Counted from the stretch's first letter, positions 17,069 to 26,837 are shown. The stretch is 64,000 bases of DNA from an uncultured Roseibacillus sp. (GCA_964444495.1 CAYUHN010000001.1:1834-65833), one strand, 5' to 3'. The notes: generated from the letters alone by a model not told the origin. Made by a program: numbers and translations.

Positions 17069-18835
17069 TTAGTAAACATCACGCTGGTAGCGTTTTTCTT
17101 TTTTCATTCCTGCCACGTATTCTTCTGCCGCTTCGCGTGACAGAGCGCCTTCTTTTTCGATTACAGTGAGGAGGGCTTCATGAACATCGTTGGCCATTCG
17201 GTTAGCATCTCCACAAACATAAAAATGAGCTCCTTCTTGAAGCCAGGCGTAGAGTTCTTTCGCCTTTTCACATATTTTGTTTTGAACGTAGACTTTCTCT
17301 GGTTGGTCGCGTGAAAAAGCAACGTCAAGTTTACTTAATGCTCCGTTCTTAAGGTGTTCTTGCCATTCTAGTTGATAGAGGAAGTCATAGGAATAGTGTT
17401 GGTCTCCGAAGAAGAGCCAGCTTTGTCCCTTTACACCAAGTTCGGCACGATGTTCGACGAAAGAGCGGAAGGGAGCGATTCCTGTGCCGGGGCCTACCAT
17501 GATGATAGGAGTGTCACCCGATTCGGGGAGGCGGAAGTTCTTGTTTGGCTGAGTGTAGACAGGGACAGTGTCTCCTTTTTTAACCAAGTCAGCCAAGTAG
17601 GTGGAAGCGACTCCTTTCCGCTGCTGGCCATGTGATTCGTATCGAACCGATGCCACTGTCAGGTGTACTTCATCCTCGTGGGCTAGAGGGCTGGAAGCGA
17701 TTGAGTAGAGGCGGGGAGGGAGCTTACGCAAAATTCCTGCGAGCTGATTAGCTTTTAGGCCATCTGGAGCGAAATCACGAATGGCATCTCCGATCCAACG
17801 GCCCCAGACGTAGTCTTTGAGATCCGCCTTAGCGGAATCACTAAGTAGGTTCGCGAGTTTTTCAGAGGGGGAGGCTTCCTGAAGTTTCTTAAGAATAGTG
17901 CGAGAAAGAGAAGTGACTTCGAGGTTTTCGCGAAGAGCATCAGCAAGAAGTTTCTTTTCCCCACCTTTGAGTTCGATTTCCTCAGTTCCAACTAATTGGC
18001 TCGCATTAATGATACCTTCGACCATGTCGGGAGCATTGGTCGGAACGACCGCGAGCACGTCTCCAGGCTCGTAGGATAGACCAGAACCTTCGAGGGATAA
18101 TTCGTAGTGCCAAGTTTCCTTCTTGGTTCCTTTGCCATTTAGAACAACGCGCTCAAGAAGTTCTGCTGGAAAAGGATTCTTCTTTCCGTATTGAGATTCG
18201 ATTGGCGCTGAGGGGGTCGTTGGAACTGTGGCTTGCGCCTGTGCTTTGGGTGCGAGAGCTGCGATGGCTGCTTTTGCCCATTTGTTGTACGATTCTTCAT
18301 AGTCGACATCACAATCTGTGCGGTCGGCCACTCGTTTAGCGCCGAGTGCTTCGAGGCGAGCATCTACTTGCTTACCTGTTTCGCAAAATTGTTCGTATGA
18401 GGTGTCGCCAAGAGCGCATACGGAGAATTTGGTTTTAGAAAAATCGACTTTGTCGCCCATGAGAGCTTTATGGAACTCTTCTGCTGCTTCCGGAGGATCG
18501 CCATCACCCCAAGTGCTGACAATAACCAAGAGATTTTCCACCTTAGCTAGCTCACTCGGAGTGCATTCGGACATGTTCAGCATTACAGGCTTGAGACCTT
18601 TTTTCTTGGCTGCTTTAGCCGTTTGATCGGCGAGAGCTTCCGAGTTTCCTGATTCTGTCCCGTAAAGGATAGTCAAAGGTGTTTTAGCCGCTGGAGCGGC
18701 TGCTACGGAGGCGCCAGCTGCTCCGGCAGAGAGAAAACCTCCCAGCCAGAAACGCTGTTCTGCGTTCAATCCGGCAAGGATCCCCGTAAGGGCCTGACGC
18801 TGTTCAGAAGAAAGAGGGCTATGCTCAGGAATCAT
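17069..18835 (-). CDS. cysJ: assimilatory sulfite reductase (NADPH) flavoprotein alpha subunit
   Basis: Flavodoxin-like TILYGTESGNSE, FAD-binding RLYSIASS, and an NADPH-binding GPGTGIAPFRSF ... YVCGD module. Confidence 0.94.
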   Translation of the reverse strand: MIPEHSPLSSEQRQALTGILAGLNAEQRFWLGGFLSAGAAGASVAAAPAAKTPLTILYGTESGNSEALADQTAKAAKKKGLKPVMLNMSECTPSELAKVENLLVIVSTWGDGDPPEAAEEFHKALMGDKVDFSKTKFSVCALGDTSYEQFCETGKQVDARLEALGAKRVADRTDCDVDYEESYNKWAKAAIAALAPKAQAQATVPTTPSAPIESQYGKKNPFPAELLERVVLNGKGTKKETWHYELSLEGSGLSYEPGDVLAVVPTNAPDMVEGIINASQLVGTEEIELKGGEKKLLADALRENLEVTSLSRTILKKLQEASPSEKLANLLSDSAKADLKDYVWGRWIGDAIRDFAPDGLKANQLAGILRKLPPRLYSIASSPLAHEDEVHLTVASVRYESHGQQRKGVASTYLADLVKKGDTVPVYTQPNKNFRLPESGDTPIIMVGPGTGIAPFRSFVEHRAELGVKGQSWLFFGDQHYSYDFLYQLEWQEHLKNGALSKLDVAFSRDQPEKVYVQNKICEKAKELYAWLQEGAHFYVCGDANRMANDVHEALLTVIEKEGALSREAAEEYVAGMKKEKRYQRDVY

Positions 18836-18952
18836 ACTTTACTAAAATGATAAAGTTTATAAGGTTTCGGTTGATGGGAGACGCTAACCGCTTTTATCTC
18901 GATTTCAAGAATAACCTGAGATGTTTTGTGGGTGTCTCCGAGAAAAAGGGTG

Positions 18953-20416
18953 TTATTCTTTGAGTTTTAAGGTGATAGCCTCGGCAGTCTCAGAAGAACG
19001 AAGTAGCCAATGGCCGGAACGGACAATGGTTTCGCTTGTGGCAAGAGGAAAGTGAGCGGAGTCGTAAGGAACGACCCAATCACCGCCTCCTCGAGGGGTG
19101 CCAGTAACGGTGGCGATGATGTTGTGCACTATTAGCCCATCGCGTAGAGGCATTTCATTGAGAGCGGCAAGAGCGAGATTCTCGGGATGGAGGCCGTTGA
19201 TGGAGCTGTCGCGTCTCGAAAGGAAGGGATGAGCTTGATCGGTAGCGTGAGTGGTGTCCCAGGGGGGGCGTTGACGAGAAGAGGATTGTTTTGAATCAGG
19301 GCTTCCAGGGAAGTTGATGACATTTTGGGCTAACCATCGGAGTGGTCCACGTGCCCAACCAGAACCTTGATGAGGAGTTGCTACGGTAAAGAGGGTTGCA
19401 GGTTGAGCAAGAGGCTGAAAACGAAGTCGTTTTTCAAGGAAGGCTTGTTCTTCTTTGGAAAGGTCATGCTCGGCAACAAGTTCAGGAGCTAGATAGCGAT
19501 CAATGAGTGTTGAAGAGGGCTGTGAAAGAGAGAGTCGGGTGATGAGGCCACCCATGGAGTGAGCGATGATGGTTGTTTTTTTCTGAAGGGGTTGATCTCG
19601 GCGATAAGGATCGAGCTTAAAGACGAGGGAGCGAAAGTCAGTTCTAAAGTCTGCGGCGGTTTTTAGCCAGTGTTCTCCGGTAGGATAGAAGTAGAACCAA
19701 AATTGATATTTTTCCCAAATTTCCGGCTCTGCAGCAAGAGTGCTGGCAAGTTCTTCGAAGTCGAAAGGTGTAGCGAGCAGACCGTGGACAAAGATAAGAG
19801 GTATCTTGGAAGGATCGTATTTTGTCGCGAGATAGAAGCCACGTTGCGAGGCGAATTGTTCGGGTCTAAGAAGCGCGGAAAATCCCGTAGGCAAGCGAAG
19901 GTCTTTTGAGCGTTGATGCTCAAACGGAGCGAGAAGGTTAGAAGCTAGGGTGGTTCCTTGGTAGTTCGGCTCACTTCGGGGATCGAAGATATAAAGTGTG
20001 AGGCCTTTATTAACGCTGGAGTGGATAGCGAGAGTGCCCGGTTGAGGAGTGATGAACCAGGCGTGTTCGTTGATGGGAGTGATAGGAGGTTTCTGCTCGC
20101 TATTGAGTAAAGTCGCTAAGCCCAGACAGGAAGTGGCTTGATGTATTCTTGTGGGAAGAGAGAAGGAAGGAGTGAGCTTAAAGCTTTCTAATTTTTCTAA
20201 ATGAGGGTGTCGATTAATGATGCGGAGTGGGCGATCGGCCAGAGTCTCTGGTTGCCCTTCGGCTTGCCAGGCGACGAGAAGCTTTTTGGTGTCGGAGGGG
20301 CTTAGAAAGCTATCGTGGTCTGGAAATTTCATTTGTTCGATATTAGGGGCGCAAGAATACGCCATCAGGAGCCAGCAAGCCCAAAATCCTCCCATTCGTA
20401 ATTGGTGCCCTTTCAT
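18953..20416 (-). CDS. alpha/beta-hydrolase fold lipoprotein (lipase / esterase-like)
   Basis: Signal plus lipobox-like LLMAYSC. Nucleophile elbow AHSMGG (GxSxG) preceded by IFVHGL, an oxyanion-hole type motif. Confidence 0.7.
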   Translation of the reverse strand: MKGHQLRMGGFWACWLLMAYSCAPNIEQMKFPDHDSFLSPSDTKKLLVAWQAEGQPETLADRPLRIINRHPHLEKLESFKLTPSFSLPTRIHQATSCLGLATLLNSEQKPPITPINEHAWFITPQPGTLAIHSSVNKGLTLYIFDPRSEPNYQGTTLASNLLAPFEHQRSKDLRLPTGFSALLRPEQFASQRGFYLATKYDPSKIPLIFVHGLLATPFDFEELASTLAAEPEIWEKYQFWFYFYPTGEHWLKTAADFRTDFRSLVFKLDPYRRDQPLQKKTTIIAHSMGGLITRLSLSQPSSTLIDRYLAPELVAEHDLSKEEQAFLEKRLRFQPLAQPATLFTVATPHQGSGWARGPLRWLAQNVINFPGSPDSKQSSSRQRPPWDTTHATDQAHPFLSRRDSSINGLHPENLALAALNEMPLRDGLIVHNIIATVTGTPRGGGDWVVPYDSAHFPLATSETIVRSGHWLLRSSETAEAITLKLKE

Positions 20417-20464
20417 TTACGAATAAATGTAACACAAAATATCTTTGGCGCGATTTTCTACGCG

Positions 20465-20493
20465 AGAGAAAAGAGCATAGCTTGGCTATGCTC
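20465..20493 (-). terminator. probable rho-independent terminator of the oxidoreductase gene
   Basis: 9-bp stem gagcatagc / gctatgctc (20473-20481 / 20485-20493) with loop ttg. On the minus strand it is followed by TTTTCTCTC. It lies 35 nt downstream of the stop. Confidence 0.55.
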
Positions 20494-20527
20494 AGTGGTT
20501 TGAGTGCAGAAAGTTTCAGTGTTTAAC

Positions 20528-21577
20528 TCATTCAAGCAGGTTGATTTTTTTGCCGTCATTACGAGCGCTTTCGTAGATGGATTCGATGAGGGCGACCGAT
20601 TTACGAGCTTCAGCAGATGAGGTTGCAGGGTTGTTCCCATTTTTGATGGAGGTGACCACATCTTCGAAGTTGCGCTGATGTTGATAGGTATTGATTGCCT
20701 TGGGGTCGTTCGCTCCTAGGCCCGCTTCTTGACCTTTCATGAAGTTTTGGTGGATCTCCTCATCAATAGCTTGTTTCGATGCGAAGTCCCAGACCTCGAA
20801 GACTTCGTCAGCGAGGAAGACCGAGCCCTCGGTGCCGCAAAGTTGAACTCGGGCGGGGTGTCCGTCTTTGGACCAGCTGCAGGTGGAGGCTTCGATGACT
20901 CCACGTGCTCCATTTACAAACTCTAGCAGAGCGACGCAGTGGTCTTCCACTTCGATTCGTTCATGTGCGAGTAGGGCTGTACTTGCTTGCACGCTTTTGA
21001 CTGGTCCGGCGAGATGCAAAAGGGCGTCGACGGTGTGAATGGATTGGTTCATGAGAGCGCCCCCACCATCCAGTTCCCAGGTCCCGCGCCAAGCACCAGA
21101 GTCATAGTAGTCTTGGTCGCGATACCATTTGATATAAGCAGAAGCAGAGGTCAGTTTGCCAAAGCGGCCTTGCTCAGTAGCTGCTTTGAAGGCGTCCATT
21201 CCGGGGTGAAAGCGACGGTTGAGAATAGCGGCAAGAGTTTTGCCGCTCGCCTCTGCTGTTGCAATTAATCGATCTATGCGTTCGGTAGTCACTTCGAGAG
21301 GTTTCTCAACGATAGCGTGTTTGCCTGCTTGGAGAGCGGCGGAAGTGGGATCAAGGTGGGCGCCACTAGGGGTGCCCACGGTGACGATCTCAAGCTCTGG
21401 ATCAGCAAGAAAAGCATTGAGGTCGGAATAGGAGCGTGCTCCAAATTTTTCTCCGAATTTCTGAGCTCGTTCTTCATTTGGTGCGTAGACTGAATGAAGG
21501 GTTCCCTGCGACATGTCCTTGATGGCTTGAGCATGAAAGCGAGCGATCATCCCAGCACCAATAATTCCGAATTTCAT
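20528..21577 (-). CDS. Gfo/Idh/MocA family NAD(P)-dependent oxidoreductase
   Basis: MKFGIIGAGMIARFHAQAI Rossmann motif, EKPL motif (VEKPLEV), and typical length. Start placed at ATG 21577; the ORF extends to 21613. Confidence 0.9.
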   Translation of the reverse strand: MKFGIIGAGMIARFHAQAIKDMSQGTLHSVYAPNEERAQKFGEKFGARSYSDLNAFLADPELEIVTVGTPSGAHLDPTSAALQAGKHAIVEKPLEVTTERIDRLIATAEASGKTLAAILNRRFHPGMDAFKAATEQGRFGKLTSASAYIKWYRDQDYYDSGAWRGTWELDGGGALMNQSIHTVDALLHLAGPVKSVQASTALLAHERIEVEDHCVALLEFVNGARGVIEASTCSWSKDGHPARVQLCGTEGSVFLADEVFEVWDFASKQAIDEEIHQNFMKGQEAGLGANDPKAINTYQHQRNFEDVVTSIKNGNNPATSSAEARKSVALIESIYESARNDGKKINLLE

Positions 21578-21637
21578 AGTTTCTCCGGAAATGAAGCCTT
21601 TAGTGGTGAACATGAAAAGGGCGAAATTCTGTTTATG

Positions 21638-21745
21638 CTAGAACATCAACTGATAGGTGATGACCATGATGAATTTCTCCTTCTTTTGAAGAGTTGTTTC
21701 AATGAGTGGGAGGAAAAGAAGTGCAAGAAGAAAGGCGGCAATCAT
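21638..21745 (-). other. 35-codon ORF whose 3' end is a relic copy of the CPBP protease gene tail
   Basis: MIAAFLLALLFLPLIETTLQKKEKFIMVITYQLMF*. The last 30 nt (21638-21667) match the last 30 nt of the CPBP gene (23263-23292) at 28/30 positions by hand count (...ITYQLMF*). Confidence 0.4.
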
Positions 21746-21857
21746 AGTGAGGGAGGCTAGCAATTATTTTCTGGGTTTTTTGAAAAGTTCAAGCTTCTAG
21801 TGCTTTCATATTGACGCAAAGGGGGGCGGCGTATCACGGGACCAGATTCTTGTAGTT

Positions 21858-22364
21858 ATGAAATTTCTCTTGAGAACCTTGATGCTGGTTTTGCTTCTAA
21901 ATGGCTGCGAACAGGCTGATGAAGAATACAGTGCTGCCGATCTCGCTGAGCTAAAAGTGTCGACTGTAGCTTCATATGGAGCGCATAAGAGTTTGCCCTT
22001 TTGGGAAAAGCATGAATCAATGTTTTTTGAGATAGGAATTTCTCAGGAGGGTGTTGATGAACTCGCCCTCGCGTATGATGAAGTGTTACTGAAGCATAGT
22101 GGGATTCGGAAAAGAATTCCCGAAATGATAGATATATACGAAGAAGAGTATACGTCTGAGGAAATTTCTGCTCTTGTTGCTTTCTTTCGAACTGAGCATG
22201 GGCAAACTATTTTAAAGAAAGAGTCGATTGTGTTTCAGGAAATTATGAAGATCGCAGCCGAAGAGGTAGTCGATGTGAATTCTGACGCGATACTCGATGA
22301 TTTAAAGAAGGTAGGTACGCAGGTAGCTGATAAATACCTAGATAAAGAAGTGCGAAGTGAGTAG
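21858..22364 (+). CDS. secreted / lipoprotein DUF2059-like protein
   Basis: Signal plus lipobox (LLLNGCEQ). IYEEEYTSEEISALVAFFRTEHGQTILKK resembles the DUF2059 core motif (family recalled from memory). Confidence 0.55.
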   Translation: MKFLLRTLMLVLLLNGCEQADEEYSAADLAELKVSTVASYGAHKSLPFWEKHESMFFEIGISQEGVDELALAYDEVLLKHSGIRKRIPEMIDIYEEEYTSEEISALVAFFRTEHGQTILKKESIVFQEIMKIAAEEVVDVNSDAILDDLKKVGTQVADKYLDKEVRSE

Positions 22365-22421
22365 CGCGCTGAATGGAAGAGCGCTTCGTCGCGAAATCAA
22401 CTATTCGGAAAAAAATCTTGT

Positions 22422-23186
22422 TCAGACGAGTTTAATTTTTTCCCCATTATTACGAGCGCTTTCGTAAATGGCTTCGATGAGTTCTACGGATTTGCGGGCT
22501 TCGGATGAGGAGGTGGTGGGTTCGCGTCCTTCTTTGATGGCGGCGGCGACTTCTTCAAAGTTGCGTTGATGTTGATAGGTGTTGATGGCTTTGAGGTCAT
22601 TCGCGCCGAGGCCTGCTTCTTGCCCTTTCATGTGGTTCTTGTGGATGTCCTCATCGATGGGTTGTTCCGATGCGAAGTCCCAAACCTCGAAGGCTTCGTC
22701 GGCCAGAAAGACGGAGCCTTCGGTGCCGCAGAGTTGTACTCGGGCGGGGTGGCCGTCTTTGGACCAGCTACAAGTGGAGGCTTCGATGACTCCACGGGCC
22801 CCATTGACAATTCGAGAAGAGCGACGCAGTGGTCTTCGACCTCGACGCGCTCATGGGCGAGGAGAGCAGTATTTCCGTAACCGAAATTAACTCGTCGATG
22901 CGTTCGGTGGTGACTTCGAGGGGTTTTTCCACGATGGCATGTTTGCCCGCTTGCAGAGCGGCAGAAGTCGGTTCGAGGTGGGCTCCGCTAGGAGTGCCTA
23001 CGGTGACGATTTCGAGTTCTGGATCAGCAAGAAACTCGTCGAGCTTGGAGTAAGATTTTGCTCCAAATTCTTCACCCGTTCTTCATTGGGAGCATAGATC
23101 GAATGAAGGGTTCCTTCCGACATGTCTTTAATCGCTTGGGCATGAAAGCGAGCGATCATTCCAGCTCCGATAATTCCGAATTTCAT
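22422..23186 (-). pseudogene. decayed paralog of the Gfo/Idh/MocA oxidoreductase gene
   Basis: ORF fragments 22998..23186 (MKFGIIGAGMIARFHAQAIKDMSEGTLHSIYAPNEER) and 22422..22631 (MKGQEAGLGANDLKAINTYQHQRNFEE...) match the N- and C-termini of the 20528..21577 product. The frame is broken between them: a 1-nt deletion near 22810, a roughly 13-nt deletion near 23060-23075, and roughly 270 nt missing near 22880. Confidence 0.85.
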
Positions 23187-23262
23187 TGTTTTGTTGGGCG
23201 AGTGAAACCCCTCGCGATGGGAAGGCCCAAATTATGGGGTGGAGGGAGGCCCGCGAGGTTCA

Positions 23263-23970
23263 CTAAAACATCAACTGATAGGTGATGAACATCAGGAAGG
23301 CATCGACGAGTAGGTGGCTGATCCAGCAACCAAGAAGGCTTCCTTGTTTTTGGTAGAGTATTGACCAGATGAGACCTCCAGTCGCTACAGCGAGGGAAAG
23401 AAAGAGAGCGAAGACGGGACCAAAATAAACGCAGGTCAGGACAAAGTGATGCGCGGCAAATCCTATCGCTGCAAGTAAATGGCTCGGTACTTTCCCAAGT
23501 CGTTTCCGGAGATTTCCGAAGACAAAGCCTCGCCAGTAAAATTCCTCCAGCGCCGAGTGGAAAATACAGATGAAGAAGGCAAAGAAGAAGAAATGTTCTT
23601 TGAATCCAAGCTGATTGCCCTTCGCCAAGATGCTATCTGCGTTCTCTCTTACAATATTTCCCAGCGGGGAGGACCACAGGGCAAAGCCAGCGAGCGAGAT
23701 GAAGAGTCCGCTTCCAATTCCCCAGAGAAAGATGGGTTTCAATGAAACTTGGGGCCGCTGGCGAATGATGTGCCACCAACCTGCGAAGCAGAGAGGGTAG
23801 ATGAGAGTGAAGAGTTTGGTGAGAGTGTAGCCAACTTGGCCAGCCCCGTTGCCAGGAAGCCAGACAAAGTAAAAAAGAGAGCCAATAAGGGGAACCACTA
23901 GTGGGGGAATGAGCGCGGCTAAAGAGGGGGCTTTTAGCAGATCTTTTTTCGGTTCAGTTGCTTCGTGCAT
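23263..23970 (-). CDS. CPBP family intramembrane glutamic endopeptidase (CAAX protease-like)
   Basis: Multi-TM protein with ALEEFYWRGFVFG (EExxxR motif), FAAHHF and HLLVDAF motifs. Confidence 0.88.
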   Translation of the reverse strand: MHEATEPKKDLLKAPSLAALIPPLVVPLIGSLFYFVWLPGNGAGQVGYTLTKLFTLIYPLCFAGWWHIIRQRPQVSLKPIFLWGIGSGLFISLAGFALWSSPLGNIVRENADSILAKGNQLGFKEHFFFFAFFICIFHSALEEFYWRGFVFGNLRKRLGKVPSHLLAAIGFAAHHFVLTCVYFGPVFALFLSLAVATGGLIWSILYQKQGSLLGCWISHLLVDAFLMFITYQLMF

Positions 23971-24011
23971 TGGGAAAGGGCTAGAATGCGAAGGATCTGG
24001 ATTTTATGAAA

Positions 24012-24042
24012 TTGATAATATAAATAAAATTATTGATATAAT
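24012..24042 (+). promoter_or_regulatory. candidate sigma70-like promoter with extended -10 upstream of lemA
   Basis: TTGATA (24012-24017) and TGaTATAAT (24034-42) lie in a very AT-rich divergent intergenic region. The spacer is about 19 nt, longer than optimal. The promoter consensus for this lineage is unknown to me. Confidence 0.25.
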
Positions 24043-24150
24043 CGATGAATGAGGATTCTTCGGAAATGGCGAACTTGTGGGGCTTAGTATTGCAAAAATG
24101 TTACTCGCTTTGTAATCGCCAAGAAATCAATTTTCGGTAGGCTCCTCACC

Positions 24151-24774
24151 ATGGATTCGATGATTTTAGGAGGATTGACGACAGTTTTGGTGATAATTTT
24201 GTTATTGCTTGTGGCTCTGGTGGTGTTTGTCGGTTTCGCGGCGATGGGTATGTATAACGGTCTCGTGAAATCGAGGAATCAGTATCGGAACGCCTTTGCT
24301 CAAATTGATGTGCAGTTAAAGCGTCGCCACGATTTGATCCCGAATTTGGTTGAGACTGCGAAAGGTTTCATGAAGCACGAGAAGGAGACTTTGGAAGCGG
24401 TGATTCAGGCGCGTAATGCGGCCTCGAGTGCCCGTTCGGGAGCAAATCCTGAGAGTGCGGAGGCAGTAGCAGCGCTGAGTCAGGCTGAGGCGGGACTTGG
24501 AAGTAGCTTGGGTCGTCTTTTCGCTTTGAGTGAAAGTTACCCCGACTTGAAGTCGAATCAGAATATGCTTCAGGTGCAGGAGGAGCTTACGAGTACGGAG
24601 AATAAAGTGGGCTTCTCTCGCCAAGCTTATAACGATGCGGTGACGACTTACAACACCAAGCGGGAAACGTTTCCGACTAGCTTCTTTGCAAATATGTTTA
24701 ACTTCAATGCAGCTAATCTCTTCGAGGTGGCGGATGAAGCGGAACGAGAAACTGTGAAGGTCAAATTTGACTAA
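24151..24774 (+). CDS. lemA: LemA family protein
   Basis: N-terminal TM helix, then YNGLVKSRNQYRNAFAQIDVQLKRRHDLIPNLVETAKGFMKHEKETLEAVIQAR, which is the typical LemA core. Confidence 0.92.
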   Translation: MDSMILGGLTTVLVIILLLLVALVVFVGFAAMGMYNGLVKSRNQYRNAFAQIDVQLKRRHDLIPNLVETAKGFMKHEKETLEAVIQARNAASSARSGANPESAEAVAALSQAEAGLGSSLGRLFALSESYPDLKSNQNMLQVQEELTSTENKVGFSRQAYNDAVTTYNTKRETFPTSFFANMFNFNAANLFEVADEAERETVKVKFD

Positions 24775-24818
24775 CAATACGTTCTCTTGGGAATTTTTTA
24801 AGCAAAGCTAAAAAGACG

Positions 24819-24845
24819 AGCCCGGTCTGGTAACAGGCTCGGGCT
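24819..24845 (+). terminator. weak stem-loop between lemA and the M48 gene (possible attenuator / terminator)
   Basis: agcccg / cgggct stem with an imperfect extension, followed by tcttt. The T tract is poor. Confidence 0.3.
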
Positions 24846-24893
24846 TCTTTATGACTGCTAGGATTTTTATTCAGGACCTCTACCAAAAACGAA

Positions 24894-26837
24894 ATGGATT
24901 TTTTTCAAGCACAGGAAGAAGCTAGGAAGAAGACACGGATGCTTCTCGTGATCTTTTTGCTCTGTCTCGTGGGTGTTGCAGTGGCTCTGACCGGGTTGGC
25001 TTGGTTTGTTGATACTCAGCTTCTCGGAACTTCGGTGGCAGGGGTGGCTGGTATTGGGCGTTACTTGCTCGTAGGGGGAGGTGTTGCCGCGGTGATGTTG
25101 TTAGCTAGCTTGGGGAAAGGAATGCAGCTGAAGGCTGGCGGTGGAGTTGTTGCTCGCGATCTAGGAGGGCGTCTTGTTGATTCTTCTACTAGGGATACTT
25201 ATGAAAAGCGTTTAGTGAATGTCGTTGAGGAAATGGCAATCGCTTCGGGGACTCCTGTTCCTCAGGTCTATGTGATGGACGATGAGGAGGGGATTAATGC
25301 TTTTGCGGCTGGGACCGAGCCCGGTAATGCCGCCATTGGGGTCACGCGAGGCTGTCTTCTCCGGCTATCACGTTCGGAGCTTCAGGGAGTGATTGCTCAC
25401 GAGTTTTCTCATATTTTGAATGGTGATATGCGGCTGAACATGCGGCTCATTGGATGGATTTTTGGGCTCGTGATGGTCAGTATGATTGGTCGTGGTCTTT
25501 TGCATAGCTTGCGCTTCGTGCGAGTGAGTGGTGGGCGAAGTCGAGATGATAATGGGGGAGGCGCAGCTCTCTTGTTGGTCATCGTTGTGTTGGCGGTGGG
25601 GCTTATGGTGATCGGAGGGATTGGCGTCTTTTTTGCTCGCCTTCTACAAGCTGCGGTTTCTCGGCAGCGTGAATTCCTTGCGGATGCTTCCGCCGTGCAG
25701 TTTACGCGAGAGCCAGATGGAATTGCAGGAGCGTTGAAGAAGATTGGCGGGATGAGTTCGAAGATTCAAAGCGCAAAGGCGTCGGAAGCTAGTCACTGCT
25801 TTTTTGCGGATGGTGGTTTGTTCGCTTTCGGACTTGCTACTCATCCGCCTCTTAAGCTTCGTATTGGTAGAATTCAAAAAAGTTGGGATGGGGAATTTAG
25901 TGAAGCCAACCTTCCCGCGATTGGAAGTGGAGCTTCTACCAAGAGCCGAATCGATGGACGAGTCAGCGGTCTTGCCGGAGGAGAAACTTCGACCGCAGCA
26001 AAAGGAGCGAAAAGTTCATCTGCTTTGTCTGACGGCAAAGGAAATATCTCGGAGTCTTCGCGTGTGAATGTTCCCTTTGGTCGTCACTTACTACTTAGTT
26101 TGCCGATTGCTTGGAAGGAAGCCGTTCACAACCGCGATGAAGCTCAAGCGCTCGTCTTTGGGTTGCTATTAGCGCAGGACAAAAAGATGCGCGAAGAGGA
26201 AGTGGCTAGCTTGAGAAGTGATGTCGGGCCTCGCGCGGCAGAGCTCGCTCTCAAGTGGCAAAATGAGCTAGGTAAGTCTCATTCTGCTCATAAGATCGCA
26301 CTTATCGATTTAGCGATTCCGACTTTGCGACGTCTTTCGCGCCTAGAGTATGATCGTTTCCTTGGGGTGACACGTGCCTTGATAACGAGCGATGGGCGAC
26401 TTGATGTGTTTGAGTTCATGTTACAGCGTCTGTTAGAGCATCATCTCGACGTTCATTTTAGTCGCCAGAGAAGGTCCAAAATTCGTTACTATGAGGTCTC
26501 GGAATTGGAGAGAGAGGGTGTTTTATTGCTCTCAGCTTTTGCCTACTTCAGCGAAGATGCCGAAGCGGTCTTTGAGAAAGGGCGCGAAGGGTGGTTGCCT
26601 GCGGGTGTTAAGCTGATGAAGCAGAATCAACTTTCTTTGAAGGAGATTGATGAGGCATTAAAAGCGCACGAGCTAGCGGCGCCGAATCTCAAGAAAGAAC
26701 TCTTGGAAGGATGTGCTCGAACTGTCGCTGGCGATGGAAAGCTTACCAGCCGCGAAGCTGAACTTCTCCGAGCGATGGCTGATAGCATGGGTTGTGGCAT
26801 TCCTCCTTGGATTGAGGAATTGAAAAAGGAAGAGTAG
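24894..26837 (+). CDS. M48 family (HtpX/Ste24-like) membrane metallopeptidase with long C-terminal TerB-like extension
   Basis: HEFSHILNGD (HExxH) and REFLADASAV (third ligand region), with TM helices flanking the catalytic domain. The C-terminal ~290 aa carry DG-x-L...E motifs (SDGRLDVFEF, GDGKLTSREAELLRAMADSMG) resembling TerB-type domains. Confidence 0.85.
   Translation: MDFFQAQEEARKKTRMLLVIFLLCLVGVAVALTGLAWFVDTQLLGTSVAGVAGIGRYLLVGGGVAAVMLLASLGKGMQLKAGGGVVARDLGGRLVDSSTRDTYEKRLVNVVEEMAIASGTPVPQVYVMDDEEGINAFAAGTEPGNAAIGVTRGCLLRLSRSELQGVIAHEFSHILNGDMRLNMRLIGWIFGLVMVSMIGRGLLHSLRFVRVSGGRSRDDNGGGAALLLVIVVLAVGLMVIGGIGVFFARLLQAAVSRQREFLADASAVQFTREPDGIAGALKKIGGMSSKIQSAKASEASHCFFADGGLFAFGLATHPPLKLRIGRIQKSWDGEFSEANLPAIGSGASTKSRIDGRVSGLAGGETSTAAKGAKSSSALSDGKGNISESSRVNVPFGRHLLLSLPIAWKEAVHNRDEAQALVFGLLLAQDKKMREEEVASLRSDVGPRAAELALKWQNELGKSHSAHKIALIDLAIPTLRRLSRLEYDRFLGVTRALITSDGRLDVFEFMLQRLLEHHLDVHFSRQRRSKIRYYEVSELEREGVLLLSAFAYFSEDAEAVFEKGREGWLPAGVKLMKQNQLSLKEIDEALKAHELAAPNLKKELLEGCARTVAGDGKLTSREAELLRAMADSMGCGIPPWIEELKKEE

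Noticed and set aside
22365-22421. Possible terminator after the DUF2059-like gene (agcgc...gcgct)
   Set aside because: The stem is only 5 bp with a long loop and no T tract.
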